A DNA stretch of 63,339 nt, the filler included, from Octopus bimaculoides (taxonomy: Eukaryota): the NCBI RefSeq assembly GCF_001194135.2. It is 8 parts of 6 records of this genome, joined end to end, with 100 filler letters (N's around TTAATTAATTAA, not from the genome) between each part and the next. Parts side by side here need not be neighbours in the genome. Positions count along the whole stretch, not along the records: positions 30,112 to 42,833 come from NC_069007.1; positions 42,934 to 46,046 come from NC_068998.1; positions 46,147 to 53,656 come from NC_068997.1; 5 more parts are not named here. One strand, given 5' to 3'. Both the position numbers and the translations under genes were made by a program. Positions 34,996 through 46,990 of the stretch are shown piece by piece (the stretch's first letter is position 1; each line of letters opens with the position of its first letter). The notes beneath the pieces are model-generated. The model saw only the letters and a program-made list of their open reading frames with translations. It did not search any database and had not been told where the DNA came from.

Positions 34996-36657
34996 AATGG
35001 CACCAGAAATGCTGGAAATGGATTCTTGTGAGGAGAGAATCTAGGAGTGAGTGTATAGTGTATTCAATCACTTAGTGAGTAAGTGACCCAGGAGGGGGAG
35101 AGAGAGGGATCTAAACATCAGGAGAATCAGAGTGGGGGAAGGTGGAAGGGGTGGTATTGTCTTAAAGCAGGAGAACAATGGGCAGTTTCCTGGAAGCCTT
35201 ATGGGTTTAGGGGCCCATTTCTGATTTATGTATGGTGTGGTTTGTTGTCTGTAAATAAATACTATAAGGCCCGGTGCACTGATCTGCCATGGGGCCTATT
35301 ACACTGCTAAGGTGACCCAGGGAAGGAGCAAGAGTATGACAGAAAAAGGCAGTGGAATTTTTGGAGGTGGAATTGGTAGAAGAGTGACTGGTAATATATG
35401 GAGGTGGACAAAGGTAAGGGTGGATGATGAGATGAAAGTGAAAGTAGATTTTGGGTAGCAAGAGAAATGACCTAGAGGAGTAAAAGTTCTGGTTAGTTAT
35501 ACAGCATGGTTGTAGGATCAGCCAAAACACACACACACGCACACACACACACAATTACACACAGTGGAAAGAAGTTATGCAGCAGTCATTTCTCTGTAAA
35601 TTGAACTTTCCTTTTGCATTGTGTAACCAGTCTTGTGTGCACTTATATTTGATATTGGCATGGAGAAGTATTTGTCAATATCCTCCAGAGAATCGAATAC
35701 TAACACAAAGTTGACAGAAGGATCTGGACAGAATGTTCGGACAGCATCATTCTTTGTATACAGATCATTAAATTAGAGTAAATGTAAGATGTCTAACCAT
35801 GTTTAAACATTGTCCAGGTCAAGGTGATAATGCAATGTGTACCCAGTTAAATTACATTTCTTCTCTCTGCTTGGAAATATTTCAGTGTTGAACAACAAAT
35901 AGAAGACTTGTAAATATTTATTATTCCTTCTGCGCAAAACTAGATTCCGCAAGCATTTATTGGCTCCCAGCGCACAATAACTATATATCATGTAAGGAAT
36001 CCTGTTTGTGGTTTGCTAAACATGCAAGAAATAAAGATAACAACTCGAAACTTTTCTCTCAAAATTGCATTCTGCTATGTTAAAAAGCATCAGTGCACAT
36101 TGAAATTAATGGAGTCCTAGATATACTTCGTGCTGATAAAAATAACCACTACAATGATGTTTGTTGCAGCAGCTTGGCACAGACTACTACCATGGCATAT
36201 ACCACTGCCACCACAACAGCAAGCCCCTTCCCCCTGCACCATCACCACCACCGCCTCAATCACAGCCACCACCAGCTCAACTGCCCTACCCCTATGCAAG
36301 TTTATTCAGCAGACCCAAAAGTGCCAGCCCATAAAAGCTTCACCTGGGCTGTGCCAACCTCATCCCTCTCCCCACCTCACGAAGCATCAATACTTACCAG
36401 CAACATGAACCGTTGCCACAGCAGACCTATTCCCGTATTTGTTCCAAGTTTCACATCGGTATTCTCCTTCATCTGCTTTGTTCACATTGGTTACCCAGAA
36501 TTCCTGATTTGAGTTTCTAGAGGAAAATAATAAGAAAAACATCATTAAATAAGTACGACAGGTATTTTAGAGCTTTAGGTAAACAGGTATTTTTTCAACA
36601 AGATCAATGTTAAAATTAAGGATGTATGTAGAATACAGGGTATTTGGGTGTGTGTAA

Positions 36658-37048
36658 TTGTTGTTGTTGGCACTCCGTTGCTTATGACGTTGAGGGTTCC
36701 GGTCGATCCGATCAACGGAACAGCCTGCTCGTGAAATTAACGTGCAAGTGGCTGAGCACTCCACAGACACGTGTACCCTTAACGTAGTTCTTGGGGATAT
36801 TCAGCGTGACACAGAGTGTGACAAGGCTGACCCTTTGAATTACAGGCACAACAGAAACAGGAAGTAAGAGTGAGAGAAAGTTGTGGTGAAAGAGTACAGC
36901 AGGGTTCGCCACCATCCCCTGCTGGAGCCTCGTGGGGCTTTTAGGTGTTTTCGCTCAATAAACACTCACAACGCCCGGTCTGGAAATCGGTCTGGGATCC
37001 TATGACCATGAGTCCGCTGCCCTCACCACTGGGCCATTGCGCCTCCAC
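36658..37048 (-). mobile_element. SINE-A, full length with (AAC)n tail
   Basis: Reverse complement of family A, from GTGGAGGCGCAATGG to GAGTGCCAACAACAACAA. Confidence 0.92.
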
Positions 37049-37739
37049 TAGAACAACAATTAAATAATTAACATTTGAATTAATTGTTTGTTAATTTCAG
37101 AAGGAAAGATGTCTTAAATCTATTTCCTTTACATGTAGTCAGCTTGCTGTATTGTCTTCAGTTGAAGAGGTTCACAATGACATTTCGATGTTTCTAGAAT
37201 CTGAACAAGTAACAGAGTTACAAAACTGTGATTCAGCTTCAGGAGAAATGGTTCCAAAGCTTTCATAAGTAATTTATGAATAATAAGATTGGTTTTGTTA
37301 TTTTTCTTTTCTTTTCTTTTCTTTCCCTTTTTTTTTTTTTCGGTTTTTCTCATTTAAGGAACAGAGATAGCAAAGACTGATTGAAATATTTACAAGAGAN
37401 NNNNNNNNNATATATATATATACACACACACACACTCACACATGTGTATGTGTGTATAATATGATATGAAAATTGATGTTATCTCTTCTAAATACAAGAT
37501 TTTATTTCGTATATTTTTGTTTTGTCGTATTTCATTTACCTTCTTAATTATTTCGTTTCATCTCAACTCCATCACTCACTCACTCTCTCTCTCTCTCTCT
37601 CAATCTCTCTGTTCTCTCTTCATTTAACTTTTTTCCTTCCACTACATCCTGTTTCATTGCTTGACCAATTTACTCTGCCCCTACAACTGCTGCTGGTTTT
37701 GTTCAGACCAAACTCAAACCTTCCAACTATAGTTCAAAG

Positions 37740-37920
37740 GATTATTATTATCATTATCATTTTCATTGTTATTATTATTATTATTATTACTATTATTATT
37801 ATTATTATTCAGTAGTTTTATTTTTATAACGTGCTTTCACTTCACTACCGAGCGCAGCTCTGTGTGCCTTGGGTATGTGCTGTGGTTTGTTGTGGTGCTC
37901 TTATGGTTACTGTATTGAAA

Positions 37921-37952
<32 letters not shown>

Positions 37953-37955
37953 TAC

Positions 37956-37988
<33 letters not shown>

Positions 37989-38009
37989 TACTATTATTAT
38001 TATTACTAC

Positions 38010-38066
<57 letters not shown>

Positions 38067-38072
38067 TACTAC

Positions 38073-38111
<39 letters not shown>

Positions 38112-38561
38112 TACTATTATTATTATTACTACTATTATTNNNNNNNNNNNNNNNNNNNNNNNNNNNNNNNNNNNNNNNNNNNNNNNNNNNNNNNNNNNNN
38201 NNNNNNNNNNNNNNNNNNNNNNNNNNNNNNNNNNNNNNNNNNNNNNNNNNNNNNNNNNNNNNNNNNNNNNNNNNNNNNNNNNNNNNNNNNNNNNNNNNNN
38301 NNNNNNNNNNNNNNNNNNNNNNNNNNNNNNNNNNNNNNNNNNNNNNNNNNNNNNNNNNNNNNNNNNNNNNNNNNNNNNNNNNNNNNNNNNNNNNNNNNNN
38401 NNNNNNNNGTTATTATTATTATTATTATTACTATTATTATTATTATTATTCAGTAGTTTTATTTTTATAACGTGCTTTCACTTCACTACCGAGCGCAGCT
38501 CTGTGTGCCTTGGGTATGTGCTGTGGTTTGTTGTGGTGCTCTTATGGTTACTGTATTGAAA

Positions 38562-38593
<32 letters not shown>

Positions 38594-38596
38594 TAC

Positions 38597-38629
<33 letters not shown>

Positions 38630-38650
38630 TACTATTATTATTATTACTAC

Positions 38651-38707
<57 letters not shown>

Positions 38708-38727
38708 TACTACTATTATTATTATTA
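37740..38727. repeat. (ATT)n/(ACT) microsatellite array with gap
   Basis: Long trinucleotide runs visible directly. Confidence 0.95.
37810..37920 (-). mobile_element. Dong/R4-like LINE 3' terminus in (AAT)n; identical copy at 38451-38561
   Basis: The reverse complement ends CACAGAGCTGCGCTCGGTAGTGAAGTGAAAGCACGTTATAAAAATAAAACTACTG(AAT)n, identical to the end of the LINE at 54895-55500. Confidence 0.8.
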
Positions 38728-38915
38728 AGGTGGTGAGCTGGCAGAATTGTTAGCATGCTGGGCTAAATGCCCAGTGCTATTTCATCCATCTTTACGTTCT
38801 GAGTTCAGATTCCACCAAAGTCCACTTTGCCTTTCATCCTTTCAGGGTTGATAAATTAAGTACCAGTGAAACATTGGGGGTTGATGTTATCGACTTGTCT
38901 CCTCCCCTAAAATTT
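38727..38915 (+). mobile_element. SINE-C (tail type 1)
   Basis: AAGGTGGTGAGCTGGCAGAATTGTTAGC...GCCTTTCATCCTTTCAGGGTTGATAAATTAAGTACC. Confidence 0.85.
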
Positions 38916-39614
38916 CAGAGTATCGAAATTTTAATACCTTTCCCACTTATAAAAATGTCAAGCAAACTTAAAATTTGTCATTACCGTTTTAGCCAGGAGA
39001 CCAAACTGATCGTTTGGTAACCCACTAAAATAAACATTAAAAATCGAAAAGAGAAAATAAACAGCTTTGCAAGTTTGACTCAGTGTTTATTGAACAGGAG
39101 AGGTGCGAAATTTAAGAAGCGACTTGTTAGAATACACACGTCTGTGAGGAGACATAAACAAGAATAGCAAAAATCTACAATCCCAAAAGAACTGGTAATA
39201 GATACAAGTGTTTTATGAAGAGAACAATGAATGTGAAACAACATTAAACACTGTATAAAATACTGTATAAGGTAAATGACGGTTTCTGTAGAAATGGTAA
39301 GTCATATTCACTTAGTGAGTTTACATGCGCAAGGATGAATTATGATGTTGTCATTGGCATTAGATGCAGGAAGAGCTGGTAGTGGTGATGAATTTCACTG
39401 TCCTAACATGGAGAAAGTGAGCAATAGCTTCCTGGAAGCAAACACAAACTAGACTTCTTAAGTGGAGGAAAACTGATCTATTCAAGGAAATTGCTGGGCT
39501 CCATTGTGCTGGGTAGAAACTCCAAGCAATGTAAAATATGGCCCAGATCGTAATTACCAGCATGGACGTCAAACTTCAAAAAGTAGTTAATCATTTAATG
39601 GTTTAAGTACATCT

Positions 39615-39855
39615 ACTCTTTTACTGTTTTACTTGTTTCAGTCATTTGACTGTGGCCATGCTGGAGCACCGCCTTTAGTCAAGCAAATCGACCCCAGGAC
39701 TTATTCTTTGTAAGCCTAGTACTTATTCCATCGGTCTCTTTTGCCAAACTGCTAAGTGACGAGGACATAAACACACCAGCATCGGTTGTCAAGCGATGTT
39801 GGGGGGACCAAACACAGACACAGAAACATACACACACACACATATATATATATAT
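39615..39855 (-). mobile_element. SINE-B 3' half
   Basis: Close match to the family B 3' domain, ending at the central microsatellite. Confidence 0.88.
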
Positions 39856-40629
39856 CAAAACTTTTATTTAAATTTTTTATATATAACCAAGGGGATCGAT
39901 CCATAAGGAGTCTACTATAGACCTTTGTGGACGAATTTTTGCTATTTTGGTAACGATTACATGTTTTATCTCACCNNNNNNNNNNNNNNNNNNNNNNNNN
40001 NNNNNNNNNNNNNNNNNNNNNNNNNNNNNNNNNNNNNNNNNNNNNNNNNNNNNNNNNNNNNNNNNNNNNNNNNNNNNNNNNNNNNNNNNNNNNNNNNNNN
40101 NNNNNNNNNNNNNNNNNNNNNNNNNNNNNNNNNNNNNNNNNNNNNNNNNNNNNNNNNNNNNNNNNNNNNNNNNNNNNNNNNNNNNNNNNNNNNNNNNNNN
40201 NNNNNNNNNNNNNNNNNNNNNNNNNNNNNNNNNNNNNNNNNNNNNNNNNNNNNNNNNNNNNNNNNNNNNNNNNNNNNNNNNNNNNNNNNNNNNNNNNNNN
40301 NNNNNNNNNNNNNNNNNNNNNNNNNNNNNNNNNNNNNNNNNNNNNNNNNNNNNNNNNNNNNNNNNNNNNNNNNNNNNNNNNNNNNNNNNNNNNNNNNNNN
40401 NNNNNNNNNNNNNNNNNNNNNNNNNNNNNNNNNNNNNNNNNNNNNNNNNNNNNNNNNNNNNNNNNNNNNNNNNNNNNNNNNNNNNNNNNNNNNNNNNNNN
40501 NNNNNNNNNNNNNNNNNNNNNNNNNNNNNNNNNNNNNNNNNNNNNNNNNNNNNNNNNNNNNNNNNNNNNNNNNNNNNNNNNNNNNNNNNNNNNNNNNNNN
40601 NNNNNNNNNNNNNNNNNNNNNNNNNNNNN

Positions 40630-40630
<1 letters not shown>

Positions 40631-40672
<42 letters not shown>

Positions 40673-40892
40673 ATATGTTTGTGTGTCTGTGTTTGTCCCC
40701 CCAACTTCGCTTGACAACCGAGGGTGGTGTCTTTAGGTACCCGTAACTTAGCGGTTTGGCAAAAGAGACCGATAGAATAAGTACTAGGCATCCAAAGAAT
40801 AAGTCATGGGGTTGATTTGCTCGACTAAAAGGCGGTGCTCCAGCATGGCCACAGTCAAATGACTGAAACAAGTAAAAGAGTAAAAGAGTAAA
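40631..40892 (+). mobile_element. SINE-B 3' half
   Basis: Microsatellite, then the 3' domain and AGTAAAAGAGTAAAAGAGTA tail. Confidence 0.88.
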
Positions 40893-41088
40893 TGTTTACA
40901 TTTGCACATCATCTTCCAACAAAAAAAAAATTTCTAAACAAATTCTGGAAACGATCTACTAAAGTAATTTACACACTCACTAAAGTTTATCTTTGTTTTT
41001 GCTGAAAAAAGTACATAAATTACATGGGTTTTTATGGTATATATAGACACTCATACAAGTATATATATATATGTGTATTCACACACAT

Positions 41089-41473
41089 GTGGAGGCAGAA
41101 TGGCCCAGCGTTTAGGGCAGCAGACTCGCGGTCATAGGATCGCGGTTTCGATTCCCAGACCAGGCGTTGTGAGTGTTTATTGAGCGAAAACACCTAAAAG
41201 TTCCACGAGGCTCCGACAGGGGATGGTGGTGAACCCTGCTGTACTCTTCCACCACAACTTTCTTTCACTCTTACATCCTGTTTCTGTTGTGCCTGTAATT
41301 CAAAGGGTCAGCCATGTCACACTGTGTCACATTGAATATCCCCGAGAACTACGTTAAGGGTACACGTGTCTGTGGAGTGCTCAGCCACTTGCACGTTAAT
41401 TTCACGAGCAGGCTGTTCCGTTGATTGGATCAACTGGAACACTCAACATCATAAGCGACGGAGTGCCAACAAC
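41089..41473 (+). mobile_element. SINE-A, full length
   Basis: GTGGAGGCAGAATGGCCCAGCG...GGAGTGCCAACAAC. Confidence 0.92.
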
Positions 41474-41564
41474 CTAATCATGAGGCAATAGATGTAAATG
41501 TGTGCCACCGTTATGCAAATAATCCTGTTCTTTGTTTGAAATCTTCCAGAGAAACATTTTCAGT

Positions 41565-41725
41565 CTCAGGGAAATATTACCTTTCTTAGAAACAAATGGC
41601 GATTGGCGACAAATGGGCAAATTGCTGTAGAAAATCTCTGCAAACTATGCAAGCATGGAAAAGTGGATGTTAAACAACAACGATGAAGATGCCGCCACTG
41701 ATGATGCGGATGCTGACAACGATGG
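41565..41725 (+). mobile_element. SINE-D-related variant 3' part
   Basis: GATTGGCGACA...CTGTAGAAAATCT...ATGCAAGCATGGAAAAGTGGATGTTAAA, then a (GAT)-like tail. Confidence 0.6.
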
Positions 41726-42518
41726 TTGAGAAAAACCAAATAAAATTTCAGACAGTAAAATTTAGTTTTGGGCCAATTTATTGTCTGTGATTACTAACAA
41801 TGAAATTGAAATCGAAACTAATATATTAGCTGTTAATACTATGTGTATTGTGGTAATCTTCATTAGCAAGAATATAAAGTGTACTTAGGTAGAAAAGCCC
41901 AGTGGAGAAAGCATAGAATTTGGTGAGAAAAACAAGACATAAAAACCATACAGAGAAACTTACTTTATATTGAAAAGTGAAAAATAAAGAATTTTCCTTC
42001 AGCTAACTTGTAAATTTATTGCAAGGATTAACAGAAAGAAAACCAATAATACCAAATAATGAATGCGATTACTGTTCTTAGAATAAACCATGTTAACAAA
42101 TATTCTTAAATGTTCTTAAAAATCTCATAATTGTGCTTCAAATATTTACTATTGTAACCAATTTCTTTAGCACAAAAGGCAGTTCTAAATAAACATTTGA
42201 TGCGACTGTGGAAATTCCGTGTTAAATTCCCAAACAAGTTGAAACAATCGTTTCTGCTTTGCCAAAATATTTAATTCCATTATATTTCCAGTGTCGTTCC
42301 TTATGGTTAATTCTGTCAAACACTAAATCATCACTTTCAAAAGATTTTTAGGATATTTCTTCTTCTCCTCCTCCTCCTCCCCCTCCCCATCATCATCATC
42401 ATCATCATTGAGTATGGCAAAGGTTTCTTATAAGTTTTGTTTGTATTGAAAAGCTATAGAAGTCAACTAGAATTGAATAGATTATTGATTATATACATAT
42501 ATATACATATATATATGG

Positions 42519-42833
42519 AAATGTGCTGTGCGTGAGAAGACCCGGCAAGCCAAGTAAGATCGTTGCCAGTGCCCCTGGACTGGTTCTTGTGCGGGTGGCA
42601 CATGAGATGCACCATTTTGAGCGTGGCCGTTGCCAGTACCGCCTGACTGGCTCCCGTAGGATTTTCGAGCGAGATCGTTGTCAGTGCCCCTGGACTGGCT
42701 TGTGCGGGTGGCACATAAAAGACACCATTTCGAGCGTGGCCGTTTTCGTGCGGGTGACACGTAAAAGCACCCACTACACTCTTTGAGTGGTTGGCGTTAG
42801 GAAGGGCATCCAGCTGTAGAAACTCTGCCAAAT
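42519..42833 (+). mobile_element. SINE-D with internal tandem modules
   Basis: GATCGTTG(C/T)CAGTGCCCCTGGACTGG...GTGCGGGTGGCACAT...CACCATTT-GAGCGTGGCCGTT occurs twice, then core GGTTGGCGTTAGGAAGGGCATCCAGCTGTAG. Confidence 0.8.
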
Positions 42834-43234
42834 NNNNNNNNNNNNNNNNNNNNNNNNNNNNNNNNNNNNNNNNNNNNTTAATTAATTAANNNNNNNNNNN
42901 NNNNNNNNNNNNNNNNNNNNNNNNNNNNNNNNNTTCACAGTTAAGAGTAAAGAATACTCTATTCTGATCTTCAGCTAAATATTCCAATAAATTTGTTAAC
43001 GTCTAAATAACTCACGTTAATTTTGACCATGCGACATCAATACCTATCAATCTGGAGTAATAATTTGTAGTTTTGAAATCAGTAGTTCTTTGACTGCTAT
43101 TTCTGAATTCTCAGTATGTTGGAGAAGCAGGTTACTGTCAATCCCTATATATTTATGATTATATATATATATATATATATAGACTTTGGATATGCATGAC
43201 GTAAACGGAAAATGGACTCACAAGAATCTTAATG

Positions 43235-43520
43235 TATCACAACGATTGTTTCGACACATCTTGCATCAAACCCTTGAGGGTGGGATACTGTACAGCCGGC
43301 TGTGTTGCAGCCCCCGGGGCGGATGCATCCCATTATGGTCAACAAAATACTGGCAACATCAACGTGCCAACCAAAACTGAATATAGGCAAGACACCTGAT
43401 GATATGCGTCTGCGAAGGAGGATGCAACAAGTGTTGTACAGTACTCCAACCGCAAGGGAACGACGCAAGATGGGTTGAAACGGTCGTTGTGATAAATAAA
43501 CATTATCGTGAATTCCATTT
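43235..43520 (+). mobile_element. Penelope-terminus-like element with a ~92-bp inverted partial copy
   Basis: 43235-43328 is about 70% identical to the reverse complement of 43404-43494. The right arm follows CAAGACACCTGATGA and carries GAAACGGTC...AATAAA. Confidence 0.55.
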
Positions 43521-43560
43521 TCCGTTTATATAATTTTTATATCTGTGTGTGTACATATAT

Positions 43561-43615
<55 letters not shown>

Positions 43616-44073
43616 NNNNNNNNNNNNNNNNNNNNNNNNNNNNNNNNNNNNNNNNNNNNNNNNNNNNNNNNNNNNNNNNNNNNNNNNNNNNNNNNNNNNN
43701 NNNNNNNNNNNNNNNNNNNNNNNNNNNNNNNNNNNNNNNNNNNNNNNNNNNNNNNNNNNNNNNNNNNNNNNNNNNNNNNNNNNNNNNNNNNNNNNNNNNN
43801 NNNNNNNNNNNNNNNNNNNNNNNNNNNNNNNNNNNNNNNNNNNNNNNNNNNNNNNNNNNNNNNNNNNNNNNNNNNNNNNNNNNNNNNNNNNNNNNNNNNN
43901 NNNNNNNNNNNNNNNNNNNNNNNNNNNNNNNNNNNNNNNNNNNNNNNNNNNNNNNNNNNNNNNNNNNNNNNNNNNNNNNNNNNNNNNNNNNNNNNNNNNN
44001 NNNNNNNNNNNNNNNNNNNNNNNNNNNNNNNNNNNNNNNNNNNNNNNNNNNNNNNNNNNNNNNNNNNNNNNNN

Positions 44074-44104
<31 letters not shown>

Positions 44105-44797
44105 TGTGTATGTATCTATATAACTTAAAGTTTAATGCTATTGTCCAGCTTTCTTTCTTGTGCATTGCCATAATGAATTTGCTCAGGAAAACATTCTGCA
44201 TTATTAAAGGTCGAAAGGGAGTTGTAATGGGAGTCGGTCTACAGTCCAAACACATACCCACTCAGCGACTATCATCAGCATGTGAGAATGATGCACGGTC
44301 TCAAGAAGTTCAGCTATTTATCTAAATAATAAGATTGCAAGTGTTGGCGTCAGATTATTCCTGGGGGACTAACATTTTAAGTAAATATGGTTGAACAGAT
44401 GATAAAAGAGAGCATCGTCAAGAAGTCAGAATAAAATATGTGATGACAATTATTTAAAGATAATGCAAATGTAGGCGCTGGAAAGGAGCAACGGGAAACA
44501 AGTAAAGAAAGAATAGAAATAAATAAAAATAGCGGCATTTTAGATTATTTATAATGTCGCATTCACACACACAGAGCTCAATATATAAAATAAAGCCAGA
44601 CATGCACACATGACCAAAATATAAATATGAATATGAAAACATGCGCACACGCACACACACACACATTATATATATATAAATGCTGAGTCATAAACACACA
44701 GTCAAAAAACACGTTAATATAAACACATTCATTCATACTAAACATAAACGAACACATAAAAACGTATTACAAAGCACATCGGTATATGTATATATTA

Positions 44798-44968
44798 GGG
44801 CGATGAGCTAGAAGCGGTAGCACGCAAGGCAAAATGATTAGCGGTATTTCGTGTCACCAAATTTCTCTGACGTTCGATGAATTAAGTATCACATGTCTAC
44901 AGAGGTAGGTCTAATTCAATGTCTTCCTCCCCAATGATTTCGGGGTTCGTGCCTAGAGTAGAAAAAAG
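44798..44968 (+). mobile_element. Degraded SINE-C
   Basis: GGCGATGAGCT...GCAAAATGATTAGCGGTATTTCGT...GTGCCTAGAGTAGAAA. Confidence 0.6.
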
Positions 44969-44999
44969 TATATGTATACATTTACACAGATACGTGTGC

Positions 45000-45032
<33 letters not shown>

Positions 45033-45459
45033 NNNNNNNNNNNNNNNNNNNNNNNNNNNNNNNNNNNNNNNNNNNNNNNNNNNNNNNNNNNNNNNNNNNN
45101 NNNNNNNNNNNNNNNNNNNNNNNNNNNNNNNNNNNNNNNNNNNNNNNNNNNNNNNNNNNNNNNNNNNNNNNNNNNNNNNNNNNNNNNNNNNNNNNNNNNN
45201 NNNNNNNNNNNNNNNNNNNNNNNNNNNNNNNNNNNNNNNNNNNNNNNNNNNNNNNNNNNNNNNNNNNNNNNNNNNNNNNNNNNNNNNNNNNNNNNNNNNN
45301 NNNNNNNNNNNNNNNNNNNNNNNNNNNNNNNNNNNNNNNNNNNNNNNNNNNNNNNNNNNNNNNNNNNNNNNNNNNNNNNNNNNNNNNNNNNNNNNNNNNN
45401 NNNNNNNNNNNNNNNNNNNNNNNNNNTCCACCATAGTTTCGGTGTGAGCAAAGTGTTGT

Positions 45460-45538
45460 GGGGTCAATTTGCTCGACTAAAGGCGGTGCTCCAGCATGGC
45501 CACAGTCAAATGACTGGAGCGAGTAAAAGAGTAAAGGA
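45460..45538 (+). mobile_element. SINE-B 3' end
   Basis: GGGGTCAATTTGCTCGACTAAAGGCGGTGCTCCAGCATGGCCACAGTCAAATGACTG. Confidence 0.8.
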
Positions 45539-45883
45539 GTAATACTGTTTTGTCTGGGGAGAGTCATTCTCTTTCGGTGCCTTATAGTTTGACTTTCAAA
45601 ACTATTGAAAAGGCTGGAAGACGCAAGGAAAATTTTAGAAAAATAGAAAAGAAATAAGTGGAAATTTTACTGGTGAGTGTGTTAAATTATAAGGCAGCGA
45701 AAGAGAACGACTTTCCCCAGGCACAGCAGAATATGCTTCAACACACGAACTCACATAAACAATCTTCCAGACCATTCCATATATATGTATCTTATTCACT
45801 GTGTGTGTCTCTCTGTGTGCGCGGGTTTGTGGGGTTTATGCATGTGTCTGTGAGTGTGGGTGTGTGCATATGTGTGTGTGTGT

Positions 45884-45920
<37 letters not shown>

Positions 45921-46185
45921 GTTATATGTGTCTATTACTGTCAGTATTTATTTTTATGGCATGTTTACATGAATGATTTATGTCACTTGTGGAAGACAAA
46001 GAATTTGTGAGTCAAACACACGCAGTTTTAAACATATTGACTTATTNNNNNNNNNNNNNNNNNNNNNNNNNNNNNNNNNNNNNNNNNNNNTTAATTAATT
46101 AANNNNNNNNNNNNNNNNNNNNNNNNNNNNNNNNNNNNNNNNNNNNGTTTGTCAATTTTTGCAATTGCTGAAACAAAGATGGGTG

Positions 46186-46515
46186 ACCCCCTTCAGTCAT
46201 GACTGACCATGGGATTGTGCCTAGATAGTTACCATCCCAGGCACAAGTCTGGGCAAGGTTGTTTATGGAAGACCAGCAGTCTTCTATAAATATACCGGCC
46301 TCCCCTCTCCACACCACTGATGTTATCCAAGGGAAAGGCAAAGGCCGATACAGCCTGGCACCTGTGACGTCGCAACTCATTTCTACAGCTGAGTGAACTG
46401 GAGCAACAGGAAATAAAGTGTCTTGCTCAAGAACACAACACACAGACCAGTCCAGGAATTGAACTCACAACTTCACAATCGTAAGCTTGATGCTCTAGCC
46501 ACTGAGCCATGTGCC
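46186..46515 (-). mobile_element. SINE-E, tRNA-derived with CORE-like central motif
   Basis: Minus head GGCACATGGCTCAGTGG...GAGTTCAATTCC, then GTGTTCTTGAGCAAGACACTTTATTTC...CCAGTTCACTCAGCTGTAGAAATGAG. Confidence 0.85.
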
Positions 46516-46534
46516 TTCACATATATATACATAT

Positions 46535-46990
46535 ATCATCATCATCATCATTTATCATCTGCTTTCCATGCTGGCTTGGGTTAGACAGTTTGACTGAAAC
46601 TGGTAAGCAGGAGAGCTGCACCAGGCTCCATTCTGACTTGGCCATAGTTTTTATGGCTGGATGCCCTTCCTAATGCCAACCAATCCAAGAGTGTAATGGG
46701 TACTTTTAAGTGCCACCGGCACAGGTGCCAGTTACGTGACAGCAGCATCAGCCACAAATACAATTTCACTTGGCTTAACAAGTCTTCTCAAGCATTGTAT
46801 ATCACCGAAGGTCTTGGTCACATATCACTTCTGTGAGGCTCAACGTTCGAAGGGTGCTTTTTACGTGCTACAAGAACGTGTGCCTGTGACATGACACCAG
46901 CATCAACCATGACTATGGATTCACTTGGCTTGACAGGTCTTCTCAAGCACGGCATATTGCCAAAGGTCTCGGTCACTTGTCATTGCTTAA
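46535..46990 (-). mobile_element. SINE-D with duplicated internal module
   Basis: (ATC)n tail and core GGATGCCCTTCCTAATGCCAACC. TTCACTTGGCTT-ACA-GTCTTCTCAAGCA occurs twice. Confidence 0.8.

Noticed and set aside
36093-36512. Overlapping His/Thr/Pro-rich ORFs
   Set aside because: Low-complexity (ACC/CAC)-rich DNA is open in several frames. No evidence of a gene.
37831-38756. Poly-I, poly-Y and poly-N proteins and a real tandem duplication of the Dong terminus
   Set aside because: These are translations of (ATT)n. The two halves share the same ACT interruption pattern across a gap, which is most simply an unmerged overlap or haplotype duplicate. It needs long reads.
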